A DNA stretch of 64,000 nucleotides, taken from the IMG/VR virus record IMGVR_UViG_3300042898_000786, positions 11,829 through 75,828 of that record. The stretch is one strand, 5' to 3'. This document shows positions 39,013 through 45,943 of the stretch, piece by piece. A program made the position numbers and the translations under genes. The notes beneath the pieces are model-generated. The model saw nothing but the letters and a program-made list of their open reading frames with translations, did not search any database and was not told the DNA's origin. The stretch's first letter is position 1; each line of letters begins with the position of its first letter. This DNA comes from a virus.

Positions 39013-39496
39013 CTTCTGATTCTTTTATGGTGATAAACGCAGACTTGAGGTCTTCGCCTAGATTAATTATTTGACGTTCTATGATTGTGAAATCAATAAG
39101 TTTGTTTAGCGTTGAGTCATCATTCGCCTCCTTAAACTTTACTGCACTCCGCAAAAAGACAGCATAAGATGCTAGCAAAGAGCGCATACTTGTATCTTCG
39201 ATGCTATCTGCAAATTTAGCAAGCATTTGAGGCTTTGAGTCTTTCTTCGGCTTTCTACCTCGGATATGCTTTAGGTCGTGGTCGGCCACATACCAACCGC
39301 ATCCTTCTCTTATAGTAATACCCTCGTTGTTACCTTTGTGCCCATTCACATCCTCGTCAAACTCAATGAGAAACGATGTCTCTGATTCGGCAAAGACTAT
39401 CGTTGCTTGTTTGCCGATTGCCTCGGGCGCACTTGGTGCGCTTGTCGCACTTCTAGGATTATAGACCACGCGGTCTCCAGTTTTAAATGTTTTCAT
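38999..39496 (-). CDS. Hypothetical protein with SH3-like N-terminal domain
   Basis: FK.GDRV...IEFDE.V.GH...G.GW.V pattern; ATG preceded by the repeated leader AAACAAATAGAAATT. Confidence 0.65.
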   Translation of the reverse strand: MKTFKTGDRVVYNPRSATSAPSAPEAIGKQATIVFAESETSFLIEFDEDVNGHKGNNEGITIREGCGWYVADHDLKHIRGRKPKKDSKPQMLAKFADSIEDTSMRSLLASYAVFLRSAVKFKEANDDSTLNKLIDFTIIERQIINLGEDLKSAFITIKESEDGNQ

Positions 39497-39509
39497 AATT
39501 TCTATTTGT

Positions 39510-39734
39510 TTATAATTGGTGTTCGGTAATGTATAGTCGGATGGTTTGGTAGTCATCTACCTCAACAAAGTATTCGGACTCTTCATCGCAGTATACTTGT
39601 TTGATTTCGTGCCTTTCATTTATTGACTTCTTAGTTGAGTCAAAGAAGTACTGCGCTGCACTTTTTGCGCCAAAGGCTTCGTGGTCATTAAGGTCGAGGT
39701 CGGAATGAGTCTCGTGAAGGATGTAGAATTTCAT
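39510..39734 (-). CDS. Hypothetical early protein
   Basis: 74-aa ORF with A-rich leader. Confidence 0.6.
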   Translation of the reverse strand: MKFYILHETHSDLDLNDHEAFGAKSAAQYFFDSTKKSINERHEIKQVYCDEESEYFVEVDDYQTIRLYITEHQL

Positions 39735-39753
39735 AGTTGTTATTGTTTATTAG

Positions 39754-40170
39754 TTATTGAATCGTGAACCAATCTTCGTCCATATTGAACTCATCGATTT
39801 GTGCTTGACTAACGAACGCTTCGCAGTACCACGAATCGCCTCCGTCACTATTGCTAGTTAGGTCTGCCGATACGTTACTACCTAGCAAGGTTTCCCACTC
39901 ACGGGTGAAGTCGTTAAGGTCTTCCTCAGTTCCGACAAAGTATGTCCACACTCGAAGTTCATTTGCTTCTTCGTGGCCTCCCTCCATCACTACTATATTG
40001 CCTAACTCTAGCACTTTCTTGAGTTCTTCCTCACTAGTAATTAGCGCCTCATTCAGTTCATCATTAAGTTCAAATAGTGGTACACTATTGGTTGCCCATA
40101 GAGCCAAGGCTAGGTCGGTTACGTTTACGAATGTGAATCCGTCTTCAGTTTTAATTATTCGATTTTCCAT
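39754..40170 (-). CDS. Hypothetical acidic early protein
   Basis: 138-aa ORF with leader AACAAATAGAAACT. Confidence 0.65.
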   Translation of the reverse strand: MENRIIKTEDGFTFVNVTDLALALWATNSVPLFELNDELNEALITSEEELKKVLELGNIVVMEGGHEEANELRVWTYFVGTEEDLNDFTREWETLLGSNVSADLTSNSDGGDSWYCEAFVSQAQIDEFNMDEDWFTIQ

Positions 40171-40189
40171 AGTTTCTATTTGTTATTGA

Positions 40190-40399
40190 TTAAAGTTCTA
40201 AAACTGCTAGTGAAAGGTTGCCCTCTCGGTCAAACCATCCCTCCTTGATTAAGGCGGTGGCAGTTCGGCCATAGTGGCCTTGAAGTTCCCAAGCCAAGCC
40301 ACTACGGACTAGTTCGGCAAAGAGGCACACGACTTCTTGGTCGTTGAGTGCGCCTTGTTCGTATGCGATGATGTTCGCGATTTGTGATGTGTTGTTCAT
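40190..40399 (-). CDS. Conserved small phage protein (IIAYEQG...LAW.LQGHYGR.A..LI..G)
   Basis: Recognisable phage motif; starts 21 nt after the cut site of hammerhead 1. Confidence 0.75.
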   Translation of the reverse strand: MNNTSQIANIIAYEQGALNDQEVVCLFAELVRSGLAWELQGHYGRTATALIKEGWFDREGNLSLAVLEL

Positions 40400-40414
40400 A
40401 CTGATTATCTATTT

Positions 40415-40466
40415 GGTTAAGATGCCTCACGGCATTTCGGCTAATGTCAAGCCTCTTCAGTTAACC
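40415..40466 (-). ncRNA. Type I hammerhead ribozyme (HHR1)
   Basis: GGUUAA CUGAAGA GGCU-UGACAUU-AGCC GAAA UGCC-GUGA-GGCA UC^ UUAACC; full catalytic core and three perfect stems; predicted cut between 40421 and 40420. Confidence 0.93.
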
Positions 40467-40643
40467 TTTGTTTTGCTCCACAAACTTTTCTAAAATGTCG
40501 AGAAGTTCGTCACCACATTTGTCTAACCTATCTTGAAGTTCGGGCGAAAGGTCGCTTGACTCAAGGTTGAATTCCTCGCACACTGAGTCGAACAGCAAAT
40601 CAATTTGAGAGGTAAGGATTCCGTAGATATTTTCGTTTTTCAT
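40461..40643 (-). CDS. Acidic 60-aa protein flanked by two hammerheads
   Basis: A-rich leader after the HHR2 cut site; its TAA stop is part of HHR1 stem I. Confidence 0.7.
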   Translation of the reverse strand: MKNENIYGILTSQIDLLFDSVCEEFNLESSDLSPELQDRLDKCGDELLDILEKFVEQNKG

Positions 40644-40658
40644 AATTTCTATTTGTTT

Positions 40659-40709
40659 GGTTAAGACCTACCGAAGTAGGTTTCGGGCATTAGCCCTCAT
40701 CAGTTAACC
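40659..40709 (-). ncRNA. Type I hammerhead ribozyme (HHR2)
   Basis: GGUUAA CUGAUGA GGGC-UAAU-GCCC GAAA CCUAC-UUCG-GUAGG UC^ UUAACC; canonical GUC site; predicted cut between 40665 and 40664. Confidence 0.95.
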
Positions 40710-40888
40710 TGCCACTCAGTAAGCGTAGTCCAACCGAATGCCGTCACGATACCGCGCCTCTGAAGTTGTTCTAGAACTTTGTACTCTTTAGTGGTATCTG
40801 CACCCAAGACAGACTCTACGCTATAAAAGGGTATGTCGGTTGCGATGCCGTCAACATACTCGCGGAAAAAGAAATTGTAAGTGTTCAT
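40700..40888 (-). CDS. Hypothetical early protein (62 aa)
   Basis: Its TGA stop is within the CUGA core of HHR2. Confidence 0.6.
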   Translation of the reverse strand: MNTYNFFFREYVDGIATDIPFYSVESVLGADTTKEYKVLEQLQRRGIVTAFGWTTLTEWQVN

Positions 40889-40917
40889 ATTGTTTGGATT
40901 TAGTTATTGAATTGTGT

Positions 40918-41274
40918 TTAGTTTTGGTCTCTATGGATTACGTTCACCAACTGAATGGCGGCATTGTCACCGATAAATTCACGGGCAGTGAGGTATGCCT
41001 CTGTGCGGCTCACTCGCAGTCCTCCTAAGAGGAAGTCGAATAGTGTGCCGTTCGTACTTTCTACGCTACGTACAAATACCGACTGATTGGTCAGTAATTT
41101 CATTAGCGACTTCACTAATTCAGCCTTGGTGTCGAACGCTTTTCGGGCGCTCCCTTGGCGAAGATTACCGACTTGTAGGAGTTTAGTGGTCTCTGCCTTG
41201 TCGGTGTAACGAATCAAGAATTCTACTTCGCGAGTTGTCTTTTTGCTTTGTAGTCTAACTTTGAACTCTCCCAT
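40918..41274 (-). CDS. First early protein (118 aa), hypothetical
   Basis: ATG at 41274 (MGEFKV) after an A-rich leader; the longer track start runs into the tRNA-like element. Confidence 0.65.
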   Translation of the reverse strand: MGEFKVRLQSKKTTREVEFLIRYTDKAETTKLLQVGNLRQGSARKAFDTKAELVKSLMKLLTNQSVFVRSVESTNGTLFDFLLGGLRVSRTEAYLTAREFIGDNAAIQLVNVIHRDQN

Positions 41275-41310
41275 TTTGATTTGATTTTTGAATTGATAAA
41301 AGAAAATTTG

Positions 41311-41358
41311 AGAGGGCGTTTGGTCTCGAACCAACGGCAACTAAATTGCTACGCCCCC
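41311..41358 (-). ncRNA. tRNA-like element lacking the anticodon arm
   Basis: 7-bp acceptor stem GGGGGCG/CGCCCUC, U8A9, short D-like hairpin GCAA-UUUAG-UUGC, T arm UUGG-UUCGAGA-CCAA. Confidence 0.6.
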
Positions 41359-41359
41359 A

Positions 41360-41757
41360 ATTGAACATCAACTTAGGGGTACCTTATCGTGTCGTTATGT
41401 GCAGTGATGCCGTGGTTCCACCGCAACGAGGTTGTCAGTCCTAAGAAGCACTAAGGAGCAGATGAGCATCGTTGTATCCGTGTAGCATATGTTCTAAGAA
41501 CTCATACGACCAAGGTCGCTCCGCTACACATCAACAAACCCGAACTCCATCACCACTCAGTAGCCGTACGTACATCAAAGTGCCGTGCGGTCATCTACCT
41601 AGTCGTGCGGAACTCCGCTCGCTTAGTGGTCACTATGGTTATGGGTTCAAGCCCCAAGGCACGCTTTTCGCTTACCATCTTCCTCGGCCCGCCTTACGGC
41701 TTCGTCCTCGAGGTGACCTCAACTCGTTTCCCTATTTGGGCGCAGTCGGTCGGTGAC
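41360..41757 (-). ncRNA. Candidate large structured ncRNA / early-operon leader
   Basis: No credible minus-strand ORF; GC-rich with many hairpins and long-range pairings; lies directly after a promoter. Confidence 0.5.
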
Positions 41758-41761
41758 ACTG

Positions 41762-41793
41762 CAATACTACAACAATCTAGATACGTTTGTCAA
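41762..41793 (-). promoter_or_regulatory. Putative major early promoter
   Basis: TTGACA-N18-TAGTATTG (near TAnnTTTG), pointing into the early operon; predicted TSS about 41757. Confidence 0.6.
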
Positions 41794-42717
41794 GTGTTGT
41801 TCAAAAAATAATTGTAAGTTGCTGAGAATCAGCGAGAAAAATTTCCACTCTGAATTATAATGTGTCTCTTACGCGTGTCATATTAATATACTAGCACCTG
41901 AGAACATAAGCCTAGCCTAGCAAGCACGTGCCGCTCTAGTATGCATTGAGCGTAGTGGGGGGAAGTGGGTTGAAGTGGGAGTAAGTGAGAGTGCTTAGGG
42001 GTAAGGTGTGGGGATTGTTGGAGGGTTCTGAGGTACTCGAACCATAACCCAAAACTAGTTGGCGGTAGGGTAGGAGCGGAGCCTACAACGGAGCCAATTA
42101 ACATAATATATATTATAGGATGCTTTTGGACACCGATTGCAACTCCGATACTAGAGCGAGGTAGGTCAAGGATAGTAGCACGTCCTAGTATGGCTACCAA
42201 AAGGCTAAAACATTGCAAGTGAATCATTTAACACGGAGGGGCATACGTTCAGCATTCCGTTTCGGTTCTTGGCTTGTAACGCTATTATAGTACGATAATC
42301 CCCACGGTACGTATAACTCAAACCAGAAATGCGATAACCGCATCCCGGAAGATTGCGTAATTCTGTTCAACACATATGCTTGTCCTTTGCAATGTGAACA
42401 GATTCTTATGTTATTTCTCGGAAGCGCATAGTTGCGCCTTTGCAAACGTAGTAAAAGTTAGAGCCTTGTTTGCAGTATCCGAATCAAGCTTTGGCCGGCT
42501 CCTTTTGCGCGGGGCGGTTTGGCCGCCCGCTTTTTCCGCCGTCTTAAGCGTTCTATTCGTTTTCGGTATTAGAAGCTTGCAGTCTATTAAGAGGAAGCTC
42601 TGCTTTAGCGAAGTTATAGTTAAAAATCGACATTAGCAAGTTTTTTACACACACTTATAATAGTCGTTATCAATTAGTTGACTAATAACCTACTAATTTA
42701 GTATGTGTTTATTCTGC

Positions 42718-43239
42718 CTAAAGTGAGTCCTGGGACTGCAAGAACATACGAAAATGGGTTTTCTCGTCCACCATAATGGGTATCCTTCCGTGTATCTTAT
42801 CTAGGTATCTCTTCACCACTCTTCTTCCTGCTATGCTGATGTTGAATCTAGCTGTTTGTTTATTGTTGCGTGCTGAGATGATTGGAAGGTCGTAGTCCTG
42901 AGCTGGGGAGTACTGCTTTAGGTGACCGCCATCTACCATAGGCTGTACTACCATATCCATAAAGTTGTCGAACCGTCCTGTATAACCGAACGCACACATA
43001 GTATAGCGTATCGAGAATATCTCCAGGTCGTATACGAAGAACAGGAACATAAGCTGTCTCTGGTCTATGTTATAGCTATTCTTGGCGTCTGTGAACACGT
43101 GGTTCAACAGCTTCAGTATATTATACTGGTCGTGGACAAGGTCCTTTCGCTCTCTGTGCTCGTCGATTCGTTTTGCTTGAAGCTCTGCCATACGGCGTAG
43201 TTTCTCACTACGAGAGGGTTTCTTTCTGTAGCTCGGCAT
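42718..43239 (-). CDS. Putative winged-helix (MarR-like) DNA-binding protein
   Basis: Helical core, V.P.V..G.L and wing ...F.IS..GR..V..Y pattern; divergent from the late operon. Confidence 0.5.
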   Translation of the reverse strand: MPSYRKKPSRSEKLRRMAELQAKRIDEHRERKDLVHDQYNILKLLNHVFTDAKNSYNIDQRQLMFLFFVYDLEIFSIRYTMCAFGYTGRFDNFMDMVVQPMVDGGHLKQYSPAQDYDLPIISARNNKQTARFNISIAGRRVVKRYLDKIHGRIPIMVDEKTHFRMFLQSQDSL

Positions 43240-43273
43240 ATTGTATTGAATTATCTCGTAAAGATACTATGTT

Positions 43274-43281
43274 TATTTTTG
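43274..43281 (+). promoter_or_regulatory. Bacteroidota -7 element (TATTTTTG), predicts a leaderless mRNA
   Basis: 4 nt before the ATG at 43286. Confidence 0.6.
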
Positions 43282-43285
43282 CGGT

Positions 43286-43750
43286 ATGAAACTAAGTAAC
43301 TATGTATCGCTGTCTGAGGTCACTAAGAGTGATACCGCCAGCCGCCGGGGTATCAGCAACGAACCCACACCAGAACACCTAGAGAACCTAAAGACAATCT
43401 GTACTGAGGTATTCGATAAGATACGTGAGCACTTCGGTGTTCCTATCTACATCTCTTCGGGCTACCGGTCTGCTGCCTTGAATAAGGCTATCGGGGGGAG
43501 CTCTACCTCGGACCATAATCTAGGAAGGGCTTTGGACCTGGACCAAGATTTTAGGTCTAACGGTATAACCAATATGGATGTTTTTAAATTCATTAAGGAC
43601 AACCTGGAATTTGACCAGCTTATCTATGAGTTTGGAAACAGCAAGAACCCCGACTGGGTTCACGTTGGATATCGTAAGGGAGCGAACAGGAAGCAGATAC
43701 TTATAGCCTATAAGGACGGCGCTAAGACAAAATACAAAGCATTTAAATAA
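43286..43750 (+). CDS. Endolysin, peptidase M15A family
   Basis: ISSGYRS..LN.AIGG...SDH..G.A.D, FDQLIYEF, WVHV motifs. Confidence 0.9.
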   Translation: MKLSNYVSLSEVTKSDTASRRGISNEPTPEHLENLKTICTEVFDKIREHFGVPIYISSGYRSAALNKAIGGSSTSDHNLGRALDLDQDFRSNGITNMDVFKFIKDNLEFDQLIYEFGNSKNPDWVHVGYRKGANRKQILIAYKDGAKTKYKAFK

Positions 43751-43763
43751 TATCTTTGTAACT

Positions 43764-44456
43764 ATGAAAGCAAAGAAGAGCGTTTACCAATCAGGCGGCA
43801 AGATGCCTGTTGGAGCAAAGAAGAAGATGACCGATATGGAGATTGCCAAGGCAAACCGTATGCAGATGCTCACCGAGGAGCGCAACACTATTCGTAAGTA
43901 TGACCCAGACGCTCTAGCTGCCTTTGACCGCGACCTCAAAGCTAAAGGCTATATGGTAAACAAGAAGCCCGCCAAGAAGATGTCCGAAGGAGGCAAGATG
44001 GATACGTATGGTATGGGTGGTAAGATGAAGAAGTATCTTGCTGGTGGCCAAGTGAAGCTTGACAAGAACAAGGACGGAAAGATTTCCGGAGAGGACTTCA
44101 AGATGATGAAGAAGTACCAGATGGGCGGTAAGATGCCCGTTGAAAAAAAAGATAGTTTCGTAGGTAAAGGTCTATACCCAAAAGACCCAACAGCTAAAGG
44201 CGGACCAACTGAACTTGAAATCCTTGAGCAACTCACTTGGGATAAGTCTGTGGAGGCTCTAAAGCGCCGTGGTGTATCTATGGTAGACCAAGCTCCAGCC
44301 TCTAAGAAGATTCTTGGACAAGGAAACAGAAACATCCTTGATAACAACTACGAACTGGCTCTTAAGAAAGCTAAGGAGTACGGCGTATACGACGAAGCCC
44401 GTCAAGAAGCTGTTAGACAGTACCGAGAAGAAGGAAAGAAAAAAGCCGGAAAATAA
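43764..44456 (+). CDS. Basic protein with repeated (Y/M)xxGG motifs and an EF-hand-like loop; probable internal head protein
   Basis: YQSGGKM, MSEGGKM, YGMGGKM, YLAGGQV, YQMGGKM; DKNKDGKISGED; promoter element TATCTTTG at 43751-43758. Confidence 0.6.
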   Translation: MKAKKSVYQSGGKMPVGAKKKMTDMEIAKANRMQMLTEERNTIRKYDPDALAAFDRDLKAKGYMVNKKPAKKMSEGGKMDTYGMGGKMKKYLAGGQVKLDKNKDGKISGEDFKMMKKYQMGGKMPVEKKDSFVGKGLYPKDPTAKGGPTELEILEQLTWDKSVEALKRRGVSMVDQAPASKKILGQGNRNILDNNYELALKKAKEYGVYDEARQEAVRQYREEGKKKAGK

Positions 44457-44482
44457 AAGAGGGGGCATCGCCCCCTTTTTTT
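44455..44482. terminator. Bidirectional rho-independent terminator
   Basis: AAAAGA GGGGGC ATC GCCCCC TTTTTTT between convergent genes. Confidence 0.8.
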
Positions 44483-44849
44483 ATCGGATGTCAGTCCCGT
44501 ATTCTGTAGAAACGTGGAGCAAGCCAGTTCTTTCGTGTGGGTCCTTTAACAGCATTACTACCGTCTTGGTATTGGGGTTCCAGTAGTATCGTGAGTCAAT
44601 CTCGTTAAAACCATTAGACTTTAACTGCTGCCGATGACTAGTCCATTGTGTTACGGTCATAAGCTCGCTTGTTGTGCTGTCCGGGGCAAGGTAGAATGAT
44701 TTCTCCTCGGCCAATACCCACTTGGCGAAAAGACCTTTGTTCACAACAGCTGTATAGTTGTGTCCGAAGAAATTAAATTCTGAGTGAAAGTTTTCTTGAG
44801 CAAAGAGGCTTCCAGAAAAGAGTAGTGCTGCTGCGATTAAATGTTTCAT
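44481..44849 (-). CDS. Secreted protein with Sec signal peptide (moron-like)
   Basis: MKHLIAAALLFSGSLFA-Q signal with +1 Gln typical of Bacteroidota; own promoter TTGACA..TATACTTG at 44876-44906. Confidence 0.7.
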   Translation of the reverse strand: MKHLIAAALLFSGSLFAQENFHSEFNFFGHNYTAVVNKGLFAKWVLAEEKSFYLAPDSTTSELMTVTQWTSHRQQLKSNGFNEIDSRYYWNPNTKTVVMLLKDPHERTGLLHVSTEYGTDIR

Positions 44850-44938
44850 TGTTGATAATTTGTTAGTTTCTTATACAAGTATACGACATTGAAACAGCTT
44901 TGTCAATAGTGTAATGAAATATTTTTTATTTTTGTAGG

Positions 44939-45169
44939 ATGAGAGCTATCAAGAAGCAGAACGTACAGGTAAAAGGGTACAGTGATGGCTCGCCCTACCG
45001 CACACGAAAGTATATCATCATTGATGGAGATACCATCGATATGTCTAAGACTGGGCTGACACTGAGGTTGATTCCTAATGTCGGGGATGAGAAGATTGCT
45101 GAACCGTATTCTGGGAAGCACACCTTCCCCGGAGCTACGTCTGTAAAAGAAGTACCTTTACGACGATAA
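44939..45169 (+). CDS. Small protein (GY..GSP...I.M...H.FPG...V.EVP)
   Basis: Recognisable phage motif; TATTTTTG at 44927-44934 lies 4 nt before the ATG. Confidence 0.65.
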   Translation: MRAIKKQNVQVKGYSDGSPYRTRKYIIIDGDTIDMSKTGLTLRLIPNVGDEKIAEPYSGKHTFPGATSVKEVPLRR

Positions 45170-45182
45170 AAAACAAACAGTT

Positions 45183-45359
45183 ATGAAAGCGAAAAAGTAT
45201 AACGGAGGCGGTAAGATGGAAGAGTCTGGCGCCGAGATTGAAATAAAGGCTATGGACTTGATGGAAGCTGTTAAGCAGTTGCAAGCAGCTGTTAAAGCGG
45301 GCTCACAAACTCCTACTCATTACAAAGTAAAGGCTTGTTTCTACGAAGGTGAAGAATGA
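45183..45359 (+). CDS. Small protein (58 aa, MKAKKYNGGGKM...)
   Basis: Translated by hand; shares its N-terminus with the 43764 protein. Confidence 0.65.
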   Translation: MKAKKYNGGGKMEESGAEIEIKAMDLMEAVKQLQAAVKAGSQTPTHYKVKACFYEGEE

Positions 45360-45519
45360 TGTTTTAATGGGGTACGTTTTCCACTACAATCCTTATAAGG
45401 AAATGTGGGCTGCTATTCCTCGTGAAGCGTACCTCGACTACTTCAACGGCATCTACGACCGTACTACGTTTCATCAGAGCGTAAAAGAACTCGTTAAATA
45501 CACAAGTACTAATGGCTAA
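45349..45519 (+). CDS. Small protein (FHYNPY..W.A..R...DYFN)
   Basis: Translated by hand; GTG start at 45349 or ATG at 45367. Confidence 0.55.
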   Translation: MKNDVLMGYVFHYNPYKEMWAAIPREAYLDYFNGIYDRTTFHQSVKELVKYTSTNG

Positions 45520-45634
45520 GTCATCGAAGAAGCGTCTTAAAAGCGGGCGCGGAGTAAAAAAAGTGAGCGCAAAGCGCTCGATAGTCGGCGTTCGTAACTT
45601 AGCGATTATAAACAAAATTGCTTATGAAAGCTAA
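45512..45634 (+). CDS. Small basic protein (40 aa)
   Basis: MAKSSKKRLKSGRGVKK...; coupled to both neighbours. Confidence 0.5.
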   Translation: MAKSSKKRLKSGRGVKKVSAKRSIVGVRNLAIINKIAYES

Positions 45635-45788
45635 TAAGAAATCTAACAAGGTGATGGTCGCTGCCCCGGAGGGTTATCACTGGATGATAGAAAAGGGCCG
45701 TTACTTCCTTATGGAGCACGAAGGTAAATTTGTACCACACACCGGCGCATCCCTAGAGGCGGCGTTCAGAATAAAGAAAGCACACTGA
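45624..45788 (+). CDS. Small protein (54 aa, MKANKK...APEGYHWM)
   Basis: Translated by hand; TGATG coupling to the next gene. Confidence 0.65.
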   Translation: MKANKKSNKVMVAAPEGYHWMIEKGRYFLMEHEGKFVPHTGASLEAAFRIKKAH

Positions 45789-45943
45789 TGAAAGCGAATA
45801 AGAAAACAATTAAGCGTGCCGACGGTTCGTACTCGCCCCGAGGTTTATGGGACAATATCCGAGCTAATAAAGGTTCTGGTAAAACTCCAACTAAAGAGAT
45901 GCTCGAACAAGAAAAGAAGATTCGTCGTGAAAGCAAGAACTAA
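45788..45943 (+). CDS. Small basic protein (51 aa, MKANKK..KRADGSYS.RGLWDNIRANKGSGK.PTKEML)
   Basis: Translated by hand; motif seen in other phage small proteins. Confidence 0.65.
   Translation: MKANKKTIKRADGSYSPRGLWDNIRANKGSGKTPTKEMLEQEKKIRRESKN

Noticed and set aside
40115-40150. Third hammerhead (CUGAAGA followed by a small hairpin)
   Set aside because: Followed by UAAAC rather than GAAA, no stem I/III closure, and inside a coding sequence.
41311-41358. Functional tRNA or tmRNA gene
   Set aside because: No anticodon arm, no G3-U70 alanine determinant, no encoded CCA, and no tag reading frame between the acceptor strands.
41472-42636. Track ORFs 41472-41756, 41605-41811, 41883-42227, 42224-42445, 42376-42636
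   Set aside because: Atypical composition, weak starts, and overlap with the predicted structured RNA, promoter and skewed non-coding DNA.
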